Origin: a virus
Taxonomy: Duplodnaviria; Caudoviricetes
Reading direction: 5' to 3' (one strand)
IMG/VR virus record: IMGVR_UViG_3300032373_000071
Span: 1 to 34,201 of that record
DNA: 34,201 nt
Shown: positions 1 to 8,222 of the stretch, piece after piece
Layout of the letters: every line of letters begins with the position of its first letter
How positions within the stretch are numbered: position 1 is the first letter of the stretch
Notes under the pieces: generated by a model
What the model was told of the DNA's origin: nothing
Seen by the model: only the letters and a program-made list of their open reading frames with translations
The model's database searches: none
Made by a program: the position numbers and the translations under genes

Positions 1-139
1 TCCAGCTATTGCATTCGGGAAAAAGCCACATACCGTGGGGACGGCGGCAGGATCGTCCAGACAGGGGAACCCCTCCTGACGGCGGCTTCGACTGCTGAGG
101 CGTCAGGCATCACTGTCTGGTCCTCCTCCAAATCAAATC

Positions 140-159
140 CTCTCTCTCTCTCTCTCTCT
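140..159 (+). repeat. (CT)10 dinucleotide tract
   Basis: ctctctctctctctctctct ends 1 nt before the ATG at 161. Confidence 0.95.
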
Positions 160-160
160 G

Positions 161-778
161 ATGGAAGACGAACAACGCCCGGCTTGGACCTACGACATCG
201 GCGCATTCCTGCGCGCGAAGGTCAGGCCCGTGATCGCGCTGGACGAGCCCACGGTGCAACGCCTAACCGGCGTCTGCGCGGCGCTCTACGACCTCGAGTG
301 GCGCTTCGAGCAGGTGAGCGCCTGGGCGCTCTGGCTGGCGAAGCGAGTGGCCTCGAACCCCTCTGTGAAGTCGCCGGCAGCGGTCTACGTGAAGGAGATC
401 GAGAAGGGCTCCCCGAAGGAGATGCCCACCGCCCCGAAGCGCGTGGACCCCGAGGGCCACTCGGCGGACCCCAGCTACCGGCAGAAGCAGCAGGAGAACC
501 GCGAGCGCGTGGACGACCAGTACGGCGACACCTCGCCCCCGTTCTCGCTCTGCCTCCCCCTGGGCCGCGCGCTCCGCAAGGCGGACCCGCAGAACCCCGA
601 CCCGTTCCGGGAGGCGCAGCTCGTCCTGGACAAGGCGTGGCGCGACCAGGGGAAGCCCCCGTTCTACAAGTTCGACGCCACCGGGCTCAAGCTGGACCCC
701 CACGTGCTCGCTGAATTCGAGGCCGGCCAGGCCGAGGCGAGCGCGCATTTCGAGCGTCACAACAAGGAGACGACCTGA
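161..778 (+). CDS. Hypothetical protein, possibly the C-terminal part of a phage replication initiator/replisome organiser
   Basis: 205-aa ORF with GC3-rich codons; VKSPAAVYVKEIE resembles the 'I.NP.AY...I' C-terminal motif of phage initiators; no SD before the ATG; TGATG coupling to next gene. Confidence 0.55.
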   Translation: MEDEQRPAWTYDIGAFLRAKVRPVIALDEPTVQRLTGVCAALYDLEWRFEQVSAWALWLAKRVASNPSVKSPAAVYVKEIEKGSPKEMPTAPKRVDPEGHSADPSYRQKQQENRERVDDQYGDTSPPFSLCLPLGRALRKADPQNPDPFREAQLVLDKAWRDQGKPPFYKFDATGLKLDPHVLAEFEAGQAEASAHFERHNKETT

Positions 779-1236
779 TGAAACTCACCTGGACCGCAAA
801 GCAACCGACTCAAGAGGGCTGGTACGTCTACCGCGAGGGGCCGCAGGCCCCGGTGGAGGTAGTTCACGCCTTCTTCCTCACGGCCAAGAACAGCGGCGAG
901 CAACGCTACGGCTCCCCGACCGCATGGCCCCCGGCCTACGGGTACGCGAGGCCGGTCGGCAAGAACGTCGGCCCGCTCCTGGTGAAGCGGATGCACCAGC
1001 CTGAGTCCCTGGTAGAAGACGGCCTGGGCGGCCTGTACCTCTCCGACGCGGGGACTCTCCTGCCGTTCCCCTTCGACCTCGAGATGTTCCACGGGATGCT
1101 CGAGCTGCCCAAGGAGGAGCCGAAGAAGAAGGCCGCGCGCAAGAAGGCGACGAAGAAGAAGGCCATCGAGCTGACAGGCGGGGAGAAGGCCGAGCCGGTC
1201 GCGCCGGCCCCTGACACACCGGGGGTCGAGGAGTGA
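778..1236 (+). CDS. Hypothetical protein with Lys-rich C-terminal segment
   Basis: AAGGAG SD; TGATG overlap; W..KQPTQEGWY start typical of small phage proteins; KKKAARKKATKKKA stretch. Confidence 0.8.
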   Translation: MKLTWTAKQPTQEGWYVYREGPQAPVEVVHAFFLTAKNSGEQRYGSPTAWPPAYGYARPVGKNVGPLLVKRMHQPESLVEDGLGGLYLSDAGTLLPFPFDLEMFHGMLELPKEEPKKKAARKKATKKKAIELTGGEKAEPVAPAPDTPGVEE

Positions 1237-1589
1237 ACCAGGAAGACCTCTTCGCAGAGCCGCGCCGCCGTCGAGACGAGGGGATGGCGCTGGCCCTTGA
1301 GAACGCCGACGAGCACATCATGGACTCCTTCGCGGACCTGGTGATCGGCGTCACCGAGTCCTTCCCTCTGGGCACGGAGCTGATGGGCGAGGACATCCGC
1401 AAGGAGTGCCTGAAGCGGGGGATCGTCCCCCACCATCCGAACGCTTGGGGGGGTGCGATCAGCGCCGTCGTCCGCAGCGGCCTCCTGGACTACCAGGGGC
1501 ACCGGGCTCCTCGAGACCCCTCCTCGCACGCATCACGGAAGCCCTACTACGCCAGAGTCGAACCTACTGCGAAGGAGGACGAGGGGTGA
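1233..1589 (+). CDS. Hypothetical phage protein (possible winged-helix-like)
   Basis: GTGA overlaps on both sides; PHHPNAWGG..SAVVRSG motif recalled from small phage proteins. Confidence 0.75.
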   Translation: MNQEDLFAEPRRRRDEGMALALENADEHIMDSFADLVIGVTESFPLGTELMGEDIRKECLKRGIVPHHPNAWGGAISAVVRSGLLDYQGHRAPRDPSSHASRKPYYARVEPTAKEDEG

Positions 1590-1912
1590 ACCGCCCCTTC
1601 CACAAGCTGCGCCGCCCGAACAAGTACGGCGCGAAGGCGACCGAGGTGGACGGGTTCCGCTTCGACTCGCAGAAGGAGGCGCGGTACTACCGCGAGCTCA
1701 AGCTGCGCGAGAAGGCGGGGGACGTTGTGATGTTCCTGCGCCAGGTTCCGTTCCACCTCCCGGGCAACACCCGGTACGTGGTGGACTTCGTGGAGTTCCA
1801 CTCGGACGGCGCTGTGCTGTTCGTGGACGTGAAGGGCCGAGAGACTGAGATGTTCCGGCTCAAGAAGAGGCAGGTCGAAGACCTGTACCCCATCACCATC
1901 ACCACCGTTTAG
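1586..1912 (+). CDS. DUF1064-family PD-(D/E)XK nuclease-like protein
   Basis: Start moved to GTG 1586 (GGAGG SD, GTGA overlap); NKYGAK.TEVDG..FDSQKEA.YY, YVVDF and VDVKG..T..F.LKK match DUF1064. Confidence 0.85.
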   Translation: MNRPFHKLRRPNKYGAKATEVDGFRFDSQKEARYYRELKLREKAGDVVMFLRQVPFHLPGNTRYVVDFVEFHSDGAVLFVDVKGRETEMFRLKKRQVEDLYPITITTV

Positions 1913-1921
1913 GAGGACACC

Positions 1922-3574
1922 GTGTACGACAAAGAGAGCCACGACCCCATGCTGCGAGCGATGAAGGGCGCGCAGCGTTCGATTGAGAGGGCCATCGTCA
2001 TGCGTCGGGAGGAGGCGGGCTACGAGCCGCCGCCCGTGCCCGAGCCCGAGCCCGTGCCCAAGCCTGAGTGGCCGACCCGCCCCGCGCCAGCGACCCGGTA
2101 CAAGCCGGCGAATATGCCCGACGTGACGTTCACCGACGTGACGTTCAACGGGAAGCTGGTTCACTGGCGCAAGGCTGAGAACCTGCACGACACCTGGATC
2201 AGCTCGAACAACGTGAATGTGGGGCAGCTCATGGCCCACTTCGGCCCTGGTGGTCGCATCGTCGTGCGCGTCCTGAACTGCATCGCCTTCACCGACCGGC
2301 GCATCTACGCCGCCCTGCGCATCGCCGGGCAAAGCTACGGGGACGTGGTGCTCGAGCCTGGGTACTGCGCGACCTACGTGGTTGCTCATGGCGAGTCCGT
2401 CGATCCGGGTCTCGGCACCCCCGAGGGTCTGGCGAACGCCAAGAGGTGGTACTCCAGTGTGGAGGAGCTTCAGGCCACGCGGTCCTGGGTGGCCGGCACC
2501 CCTCGCGCGAACGATGGAGGCGGCGCTGGGATCTACGACAACATCGCGTGGGCCGCTGGGACGCAGTTGGGACTGGAGCAGGCCCTCGAACAGCAGCTCG
2601 GCTGGGCGAACCGCAACGCCTACTGGCGGGTGGATCAGGAGGAGTGGGAGCAGGGGCGCGTGACACCGTGGACGCCGGGTCGCGGCACCTGGTACGGGTT
2701 GGATCGCTCCAGGAACGAGGCCCCCGGGGGCTGGACGAGCGCAGCCTTCGGCAAGAGCTGTCCGAAGGTGGTGGGCAAGGACGGCCAGAAGTACGACCAG
2801 CTCGACCACGAACACCTGGGCCGCGCTACGCACATGGCTCACTGGTGCGCGCAGCAGGGGTACGAGGAGGCTCTGGTCCACCTGATGTTCCTGGCCGGTG
2901 ACGTTCGGCTCGGCTGGACCTGGTGGAACGCCGTGGACGAGACCCCTTCGGCTGAGAAGAGCCTGTACCTGACGGCGCACGGCATCATCGAGCACTACCC
3001 CAGCGAGGTGGGTTGCTACTGGACGGGACGAGCCTACGGGCACGCGCTCTGGACCCTCGCCAAGGCTGTGGAGCGCGGGCTGCCCTACGAGGACGACCTG
3101 GACACCATGCTGGACCTGGGCGAGCACGTCCTGGACAAGGACCGGCACGCGATCTTCGCCATCCCGCGGCGGTGCCCCCTCTTCGGCCACGAGGTCACGG
3201 CCTACGACACGAAGCTGGCCCAGTACGACGAGCGCATCCCCGAGGGGGCAACGCCGATGCTCGAGGTGCAGTTCGAGTCCTGGATCATCCTGCGCGCCAT
3301 GTCGTGCGCGGCCCACCTGAGAGAGAAGGGGCAGTTCGAGCTGGGGGCCAAGGCGCACCACCTGGCGTCAGAGCTGAAGCGCGGGCTCAAGAACGACGAG
3401 CTGCGCTCGCATCTGCGCGCCCTGGGGCATCCCGATTGGTCGGACCCTGACGGCCCGAACTGGTACTCCTGGCTGATGGGCCAGCGGACGGCGGACAAGG
3501 TGGCGACCGAGCAGGGTCGCCTCTCCTGGATGGCCGACAACGCGGCGAACGCGCTGCCGCAGGGGTGGGACTGA
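1922..3574 (+). CDS. 550-aa Trp-rich hypothetical protein, possible alpha/alpha-barrel carbohydrate-active fold
   Basis: AGGAGG SD; N-terminal Pro/Glu linker; DHEH and GRAYGHALW motifs in a helical C-terminal half; function is inference. Confidence 0.8.
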   Translation: MYDKESHDPMLRAMKGAQRSIERAIVMRREEAGYEPPPVPEPEPVPKPEWPTRPAPATRYKPANMPDVTFTDVTFNGKLVHWRKAENLHDTWISSNNVNVGQLMAHFGPGGRIVVRVLNCIAFTDRRIYAALRIAGQSYGDVVLEPGYCATYVVAHGESVDPGLGTPEGLANAKRWYSSVEELQATRSWVAGTPRANDGGGAGIYDNIAWAAGTQLGLEQALEQQLGWANRNAYWRVDQEEWEQGRVTPWTPGRGTWYGLDRSRNEAPGGWTSAAFGKSCPKVVGKDGQKYDQLDHEHLGRATHMAHWCAQQGYEEALVHLMFLAGDVRLGWTWWNAVDETPSAEKSLYLTAHGIIEHYPSEVGCYWTGRAYGHALWTLAKAVERGLPYEDDLDTMLDLGEHVLDKDRHAIFAIPRRCPLFGHEVTAYDTKLAQYDERIPEGATPMLEVQFESWIILRAMSCAAHLREKGQFELGAKAHHLASELKRGLKNDELRSHLRALGHPDWSDPDGPNWYSWLMGQRTADKVATEQGRLSWMADNAANALPQGWD

Positions 3575-4311
3575 TGCCCTGGGAACCGACTGACGAAGAG
3601 GTGCGGGCGTTCATCGTAGCGCGCGGGCTCATTCCCTACGGCCCAAGGCATCCCTGGTGCCCAAGGTACAAGCCACAGCGCAAGCTCCTCCTCGCCGCCT
3701 GGTCCGTGAGTCCGGGGCCGGGGCTGGAGGCTCGCGTGGCGGAGCTGGAGAGCCTGGTCGGCGGCTGGTACGCCGCAGCCCGCCTGCGCGGCCTCTGTCC
3801 ATCGAGCTACGAACCCAAGGATCCGTTCTACCCCGAGGGCGAGATCCTGGGCCGAGGCGAGACTGCCCGCCTCCGCGCCCGCGTAGCGGAGCTGGAAGAG
3901 GCGATGGTCGCCAAGATCGAGGGCTGGACGACACCGGCCCTGGAGAAGGCCGAGGCCCGCGTGGCCGAACTGGAGAGCAAGCTGGTCGCCGTTGAGAAGC
4001 ACGCATCGGACTCTGCCCGACTACTGGAGGGCGTACGAGCGGAACTGGTGACTCACGTTGACGAGGTGCGGCTTCGGGTGCAGGCCGAGGCCCGCGTGGC
4101 GGAACTGGAGGTGGAGGCGCGTAATCAGAAGGCCCGAGCCGATTACCTCTCCGACTTCAACGGGCGATTGCAGGTCGAGCGCGAAGCGGTGCGTGGGATG
4201 CTTGCCAACGGCGATGGGTTGCCCTTTGGATGCCCCGACACCTACGCGGAGCGTGCAGGCTACGCCCTCGCCGCCCTCACCCCCACCAAGGAGGAGACCG
4301 ATGGCAAGTGA
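3574..4311 (+). CDS. Ead/Ea22-like coiled-coil protein with four ARVAELE repeats
   Basis: ATG 3574 overlaps upstream TGA; LEARVAELE, LRARVAELE, AEARVAELE x2. Confidence 0.7.
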   Translation: MPWEPTDEEVRAFIVARGLIPYGPRHPWCPRYKPQRKLLLAAWSVSPGPGLEARVAELESLVGGWYAAARLRGLCPSSYEPKDPFYPEGEILGRGETARLRARVAELEEAMVAKIEGWTTPALEKAEARVAELESKLVAVEKHASDSARLLEGVRAELVTHVDEVRLRVQAEARVAELEVEARNQKARADYLSDFNGRLQVEREAVRGMLANGDGLPFGCPDTYAERAGYALAALTPTKEETDGK

Positions 4312-4423
4312 TGAAGAGAAGGTCCGCGTGGCCGAGGCGATTCGCGCCGACAAGTACTACCGGCAAGTGTTGGCTGGGCAGCGGCGCATCGCCACCCTGG
4401 AGGCCCGCGTGGCGGAGCTGGAG
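3724..4423 (+). repeat. Five dispersed ~27-nt direct repeats (consensus gaggcccgcgtggcggagctggag)
   Basis: Copies at about 3724-3750, 3871-3897, 3949-3975, 4084-4110 and 4397-4423, spanning two adjacent genes. Confidence 0.85.
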
Positions 4424-4780
4424 GCCGACCGCGATGCTGCGGTGCGAGAGTCCTGGGCCGCGTCCCCGGAGCCGCCAACTCGAACGCCCGGCCCAGTCAC
4501 CTACGCAAGCGAGACCGGCGCGGTGTCGGTCCCCGGAAAGCGGCTCTCCTACGAGGATCCGCCCGTCAAGGGCGAGCCCCTGTTCCGCGTAGTGGATGCC
4601 GAGGGAGTCGAGCAACTCGATCACTACGACTTCTTCATCGACAAGGACGGCGCAGTCTGGGCACGCGAGGATGACGTTCACGACACGCCGCACGTCGAGA
4701 TTGGCCGACGCATCGGATACCGCGTCGAGTGGCTGCTCGACCCGACCACCGGAAGGCCGCCGAGGAGGTTCGGCGTATGA
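4301..4780 (+). CDS. Hypothetical protein with one LEARVAELE repeat
   Basis: Start moved to ATG 4301 (AAGGAGGAG SD); ATGA overlap with next gene. Confidence 0.75.
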   Translation: MASDEEKVRVAEAIRADKYYRQVLAGQRRIATLEARVAELEADRDAAVRESWAASPEPPTRTPGPVTYASETGAVSVPGKRLSYEDPPVKGEPLFRVVDAEGVEQLDHYDFFIDKDGAVWAREDDVHDTPHVEIGRRIGYRVEWLLDPTTGRPPRRFGV

Positions 4781-5007
4781 GCAAGTTCAAGCCGTTCAAG
4801 CTGTTCAACTACGACAACCCGCCCGACCGCTCGCAGCCTGCGTTCCGCGTCCGGGCGCACGACCCCGCGAAGCAACACATGGCCGACGCGATGGCGAACT
4901 GCCTGCCGCCGCTTGCTGCCACCAACGCCCGACTGCTCCAGCGGTACGTGGAGGAGAACAGGCGGGCTGAGCGCGGATGCCGCTACTGGCAGGGGGCTCC
5001 GTCGTGA
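4777..5007 (+). CDS. Hypothetical protein
   Basis: ATG 4777 with GGAGG SD and ATGA overlap (MSKFKPFKLFNY...). Confidence 0.7.
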   Translation: MSKFKPFKLFNYDNPPDRSQPAFRVRAHDPAKQHMADAMANCLPPLAATNARLLQRYVEENRRAERGCRYWQGAPS

Positions 5008-5246
5008 AGCACCCCCTCGAACCCGGTACGGTGCTGCGGGACAGCAGAGGCAGGAGGTGGACCGTGCGGCGGTCGAATCACATCTCAGGCCACTGGCTGT
5101 CGGCCACGGACGCGCAATGCGACGGGCGCTTGGTCTACGTCCTGCGCCACAATGGCTTCGGCTTCGAGGCCCTCAGCCGATACCCCGCCTCCGAGGTCGA
5201 GGCCTGGGAGATCATCGAACACCCCAACCCCACCCCATCACCATGA
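5004..5246 (+). CDS. Hypothetical protein
   Basis: GTGA overlap upstream and ATGA overlap downstream (MKHPLEPGTVLRD...). Confidence 0.65.
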   Translation: MKHPLEPGTVLRDSRGRRWTVRRSNHISGHWLSATDAQCDGRLVYVLRHNGFGFEALSRYPASEVEAWEIIEHPNPTPSP

Positions 5247-5632
5247 AGAACCGAACCGCCCGCATCCTGTCCCTGTCCGTCGCCCTCGCCGCGCTCGCCG
5301 CCTGGGGCCGCGCCTCCGACTGCTCGACCAGCTCGAGCGGCGTCACCCTGCTCCCCGCCTTCAACGGGATCATCATGCAGGGCACGCCCGCGCTGGAGGG
5401 CCGCGCCGCGCTCCTCGTCTACTCGCCCAGCTCGATGCCTGGCGTCCCGTTCACCGGGGGCGAGCTGTGCGTCCAGCCCTTCGTGCCCGGCGCGGGCCGC
5501 ACGTCGGTCTCGATGTTCGACGCCGAGGGCAACGCCTTCCCCGTGCTGCCCCCGAGCGGCACCTTCTACCAGGGGTGGCATCGCACCGTGGACGGCACGG
5601 GCGACACGACCGAGATGAGGTTCATGCCGTGA
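5243..5632 (+). CDS. Exported protein: signal peptide plus a single Planctomycetota-type C-terminal domain
   Basis: MKNRTARILSLSVALAALAAWGRA signal peptide; PFTGGELCV, FYQGWHR and terminal MRFMP motifs. Confidence 0.7.
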   Translation: MKNRTARILSLSVALAALAAWGRASDCSTSSSGVTLLPAFNGIIMQGTPALEGRAALLVYSPSSMPGVPFTGGELCVQPFVPGAGRTSVSMFDAEGNAFPVLPPSGTFYQGWHRTVDGTGDTTEMRFMP

Positions 5633-5904
5633 GCGCGCAAGGAGACCGACCGGCGTTCCCGACCGCAGCGGTAGAAACCTGGGACTACCAGGTGGAGCGG
5701 TGGCTGACCAGCCAGGCGAGCCAGGGCATGACCCTCCGCGAGCACTACGCGGGGCTGGCGATGCAGGGGATGGTAGGTGGGATGGTCGGCCTGCTGAATG
5801 GCGAGCCTTCCGCCTACGCCAAAGGTGCGTGCAACGCCGTCGTGGCTGACCGCGCCGTGGCCCTTGCCGACGCCCTCCTCGAAGCCCTGGAGGCGAAGCC
5901 GTGA
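5629..5904 (+). CDS. Conserved small phage protein (PAFP...GMTLR.YA..AMQG...ADALL family)
   Basis: GTG 5629 with GTGA overlap; RPAFP, GMTLREHYAGLAMQG and ALADALLEAL motifs. Confidence 0.8.
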   Translation: MSAQGDRPAFPTAAVETWDYQVERWLTSQASQGMTLREHYAGLAMQGMVGGMVGLLNGEPSAYAKGACNAVVADRAVALADALLEALEAKP

Positions 5905-6089
5905 GCGACCAGGAGGAGCCCGAGGAGCCGCGCGTGATCGCGATCGACTTCTGGCACAACAGCTACGTGGCCCAGATACGCCGCGACATGGAAGCCTGGA
6001 AGGCCATCGTCCTCACGTTCGAGGAGCCCCCGAAGCCGCCGACCAGGCGGGAGCGCCTCGCCCACTGGTGGAACGCGCTCTGGGAGTGA
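5901..6089 (+). CDS. Hypothetical protein
   Basis: GGAGG SD, GTGA overlap, 62 aa; last gene of the + strand run. Confidence 0.65.
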   Translation: MSDQEEPEEPRVIAIDFWHNSYVAQIRRDMEAWKAIVLTFEEPPKPPTRRERLAHWWNALWE

Positions 6090-6094
6090 GAGCA

Positions 6095-6165
6095 CCGGCC
6101 CAACGTGGGCCGGGCGGTGGGCGGGGGGTTGAGTTGGAAGCGGCTCTGGGAAGCCCCCCCCCACC
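6095..6165. terminator. GC-rich hairpins between convergent operons (putative bidirectional terminator)
   Basis: ccggccca-acg-tgggccgg (6095-6113) and imperfect ggtgggcggggggtt/aagcccccccccacc (6116-6165); no clear U-tract. Confidence 0.45.
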
Positions 6166-6181
6166 TTCTCCCCCCTCCGTC

Positions 6182-6868
6182 TCAGTAGTTGTAGCGGATC
6201 GCCGCTTCGACGGTCAGCTCGTAGGTGGTGCTCAGGGAGAACCCGCTTCCCGAGGACAAGTACCCGTTCACGTAGTTCGAGTCGAACTCGACCTCCACGG
6301 TGCCGGTGCCCGTCAGCGCCGAGAGCACACTCGAATCGGTGATCGTCCCGCTCCAGGTGTAGTCGGACTCGGCATCGGTCTGCTCGATCAGCAGGCTGTC
6401 CCCACCCGCGATCCGTTGCAGGAGCAGGGGGTGATAGTTCGAGTGGGCGAAGCTGAACTCCCCGTCTCTGCTCATCACGACCCGCTGGTAGTTCGATCCC
6501 TGGGTGTGGCCGGCGTCCCAAATGTCGAAGCCGAACGGGAAGCTCCCGGTGCCGTTCGCCACGCCGATCCCGATGGAGTTCGTGGACGAGCTGGTGTTCC
6601 CCAGGTCGAAGCTGTTGGTCCGGGTGATCTTCAGCCCAACCTCCACGCTGGTCAGCGTGCCGTTGGCCGGGTCGAACTGGTCGAAGTCGATGGGCACGTC
6701 GGTGTCCGACTCAAGGAGGCCGGTCACGACCTCCTCCTCGATGATGCGGGCCACCGGGGCGGCAAGCACGGTGCGACCACTGAACAGGTAGTCGCACGTG
6801 TTGAGGTCGGTCTCGTCGCCGGGCAGGAAGGCGCAGGCGAAGGCAAAGGGTAGCAGTAGGGCTTTCAT
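6182..6868 (-). CDS. Exported choice-of-anchor E domain protein, without a C-terminal anchor
   Basis: Hydrophobic N-terminus; FDQFDPANGTLTSV, LTGTGTV and terminal IRYNY match the recalled choice-of-anchor E pattern; GGAGAG SD. Confidence 0.75.
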   Translation of the reverse strand: MKALLLPFAFACAFLPGDETDLNTCDYLFSGRTVLAAPVARIIEEEVVTGLLESDTDVPIDFDQFDPANGTLTSVEVGLKITRTNSFDLGNTSSSTNSIGIGVANGTGSFPFGFDIWDAGHTQGSNYQRVVMSRDGEFSFAHSNYHPLLLQRIAGGDSLLIEQTDAESDYTWSGTITDSSVLSALTGTGTVEVEFDSNYVNGYLSSGSGFSLSTTYELTVEAAIRYNY

Positions 6869-6879
6869 GGTCTCTCCGG

Positions 6880-7167
6880 TCAGTGGCCCCCGGTGCCGTT
6901 GTCCAGCAGGGGGCCGAGTTTCAGGTCAGGGTTCAGCGCACCCGCTGTGCGCCACATCAGGTTGATCTCTGCGGCTGTCGGCCTGCGCTCCATGTCGTCG
7001 GCCAGGCGCTCCGCTGCGACCACCACGCGGTCCACCTTCGCGTTGAGGTTCGTCGCGTAGACAGCTGCGCCGCTGGTCGCCACGACGATGGTGCTCACGC
7101 CCCCGCCCACCCAGGCGAGCAGCCTGCGGTTCGCAGCCTGGAGGAGCGTTGATTCCTGGTCGGTCAC
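6880..7167 (-). CDS. Small single-TM membrane protein (holin-like candidate)
   Basis: LLAWVGGGVSTIVVATSGAAVYA hydrophobic segment then coiled coil; GTGA overlap. Confidence 0.65.
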   Translation of the reverse strand: MTDQESTLLQAANRRLLAWVGGGVSTIVVATSGAAVYATNLNAKVDRVVVAAERLADDMERRPTAAEINLMWRTAGALNPDLKLGPLLDNGTGGH

Positions 7168-7601
7168 TGGTGCTTCTCCTGCCAGGCCTCGACGGCTTCC
7201 TCATGCCGCTTGCACCACTCGTCCATGCTCTCCGGGTCGCCGTTCTCGTCCGTCCCCCGGCGCGTCACGATCTCGAACGTGATCCCCTGCCAGGTGACCG
7301 TGGTGGTCTTCTCCTCCACCTCGCCCGCCCCCTCGAGCACGGTCCCGTCCAGCGCCTTCCGGCGTGCTCGAGCTATCCAGGCGTCAGCGGGCTCGCCCGG
7401 CGCGCGGTAGATCAGGAGGGTCCGATCGTCGGGGTAGGCCCCGCGGATGCGGATGTACTGGGGCTGGGCGGATCGCTGCGTCATGGTCTTCGTCAGGTGG
7501 TCGAGGATGTCCAGGCGGGTCGAGAGCCCGCCCAGGTGCCAGGCCCAGAGCAGGGCCAGAGCAGCGACGAGCACCGCCAGGAGCCCGAGACGCCGCCTCA
7601 T
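7164..7601 (-). CDS. N-terminally anchored membrane/periplasmic protein
   Basis: MRRRLGLLAVLVAALALLWAW; two related R..GE/DP...W..R segments. Confidence 0.75.
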   Translation of the reverse strand: MRRRLGLLAVLVAALALLWAWHLGGLSTRLDILDHLTKTMTQRSAQPQYIRIRGAYPDDRTLLIYRAPGEPADAWIARARRKALDGTVLEGAGEVEEKTTTVTWQGITFEIVTRRGTDENGDPESMDEWCKRHEEAVEAWQEKHQ

Positions 7602-7602
7602 C

Positions 7603-7983
7603 TTAGAGCCCGATCTGGACCTGACGGACCACCGACTTGACGAGAATCATGCCCGCCTGCACGTCTGGGTCTTCGGACTCGCGGAGCAGTTCGTCGGCCA
7701 GCTCCAGGGCCGCGTCCAGCGCGCTCGAAGCCTCTGCCCCCTCCGAGAGCTGCAAGGCCTCCCCCGCCACCTCCAGCCATCCGGCCAGCGCGAGGAGCTC
7801 AGCCGCCAGGTCAGGCTTCTCGGCCTCGTAGATGGTCGCCAGATCGGTCGCAGTTCCGCCCGCCAGTTCCAACTGCTGACCAACTGCAACCGGGTCCACG
7901 GCACCGTCAGCCTTGCAGCCAACGAAGAAGGCCCCAGCCGCGAGAGCGACCAGGGCCATGACGAGCAGGATGGGGCGTCTCAT
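7603..7983 (-). CDS. Lipoprotein, helical and acidic
   Basis: MRRPILLVMALVALAAGAFFVG-C signal with lipobox FVGC. Confidence 0.8.
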   Translation of the reverse strand: MRRPILLVMALVALAAGAFFVGCKADGAVDPVAVGQQLELAGGTATDLATIYEAEKPDLAAELLALAGWLEVAGEALQLSEGAEASSALDAALELADELLRESEDPDVQAGMILVKSVVRQVQIGL

Positions 7984-7997
7984 GCCCCACAGGCTAC

Positions 7998-8222
7998 CTA
8001 CCGCTCAGGGGAGTCCGAAGCCTCTTCCTCCTTCCAGGACCGCACCCGGATCGAGCCAGACCCGCCCACGGGCCGCACCTCCAGTTCGAGCCGCAGACCG
8101 GCCCCGTACCGCATCACCTCGCAGGCTGCCCAGCAGTCGGGCGTCGTCCTGGGCCTCATCAGCACCAGCACCACCTTCCCGGTCAGCCGGTCCCCCTCGT
8201 CCATCTGTTGTCGGATGCCCAT
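7998..8222 (-). CDS. Hypothetical protein
   Basis: Start moved to ATG 8222 (GGAGGAG SD, TAATG overlap): MGIRQQMDEGD... Confidence 0.6.
   Translation of the reverse strand: MGIRQQMDEGDRLTGKVVLVLMRPRTTPDCWAACEVMRYGAGLRLELEVRPVGGSGSIRVRSWKEEEASDSPER

Noticed and set aside
3724-4423. Possible CRISPR array from ~27-nt repeats
   Set aside because: Spacing is irregular (50-290 nt), copies are degenerate and in frame within proteins, and no cas genes are present
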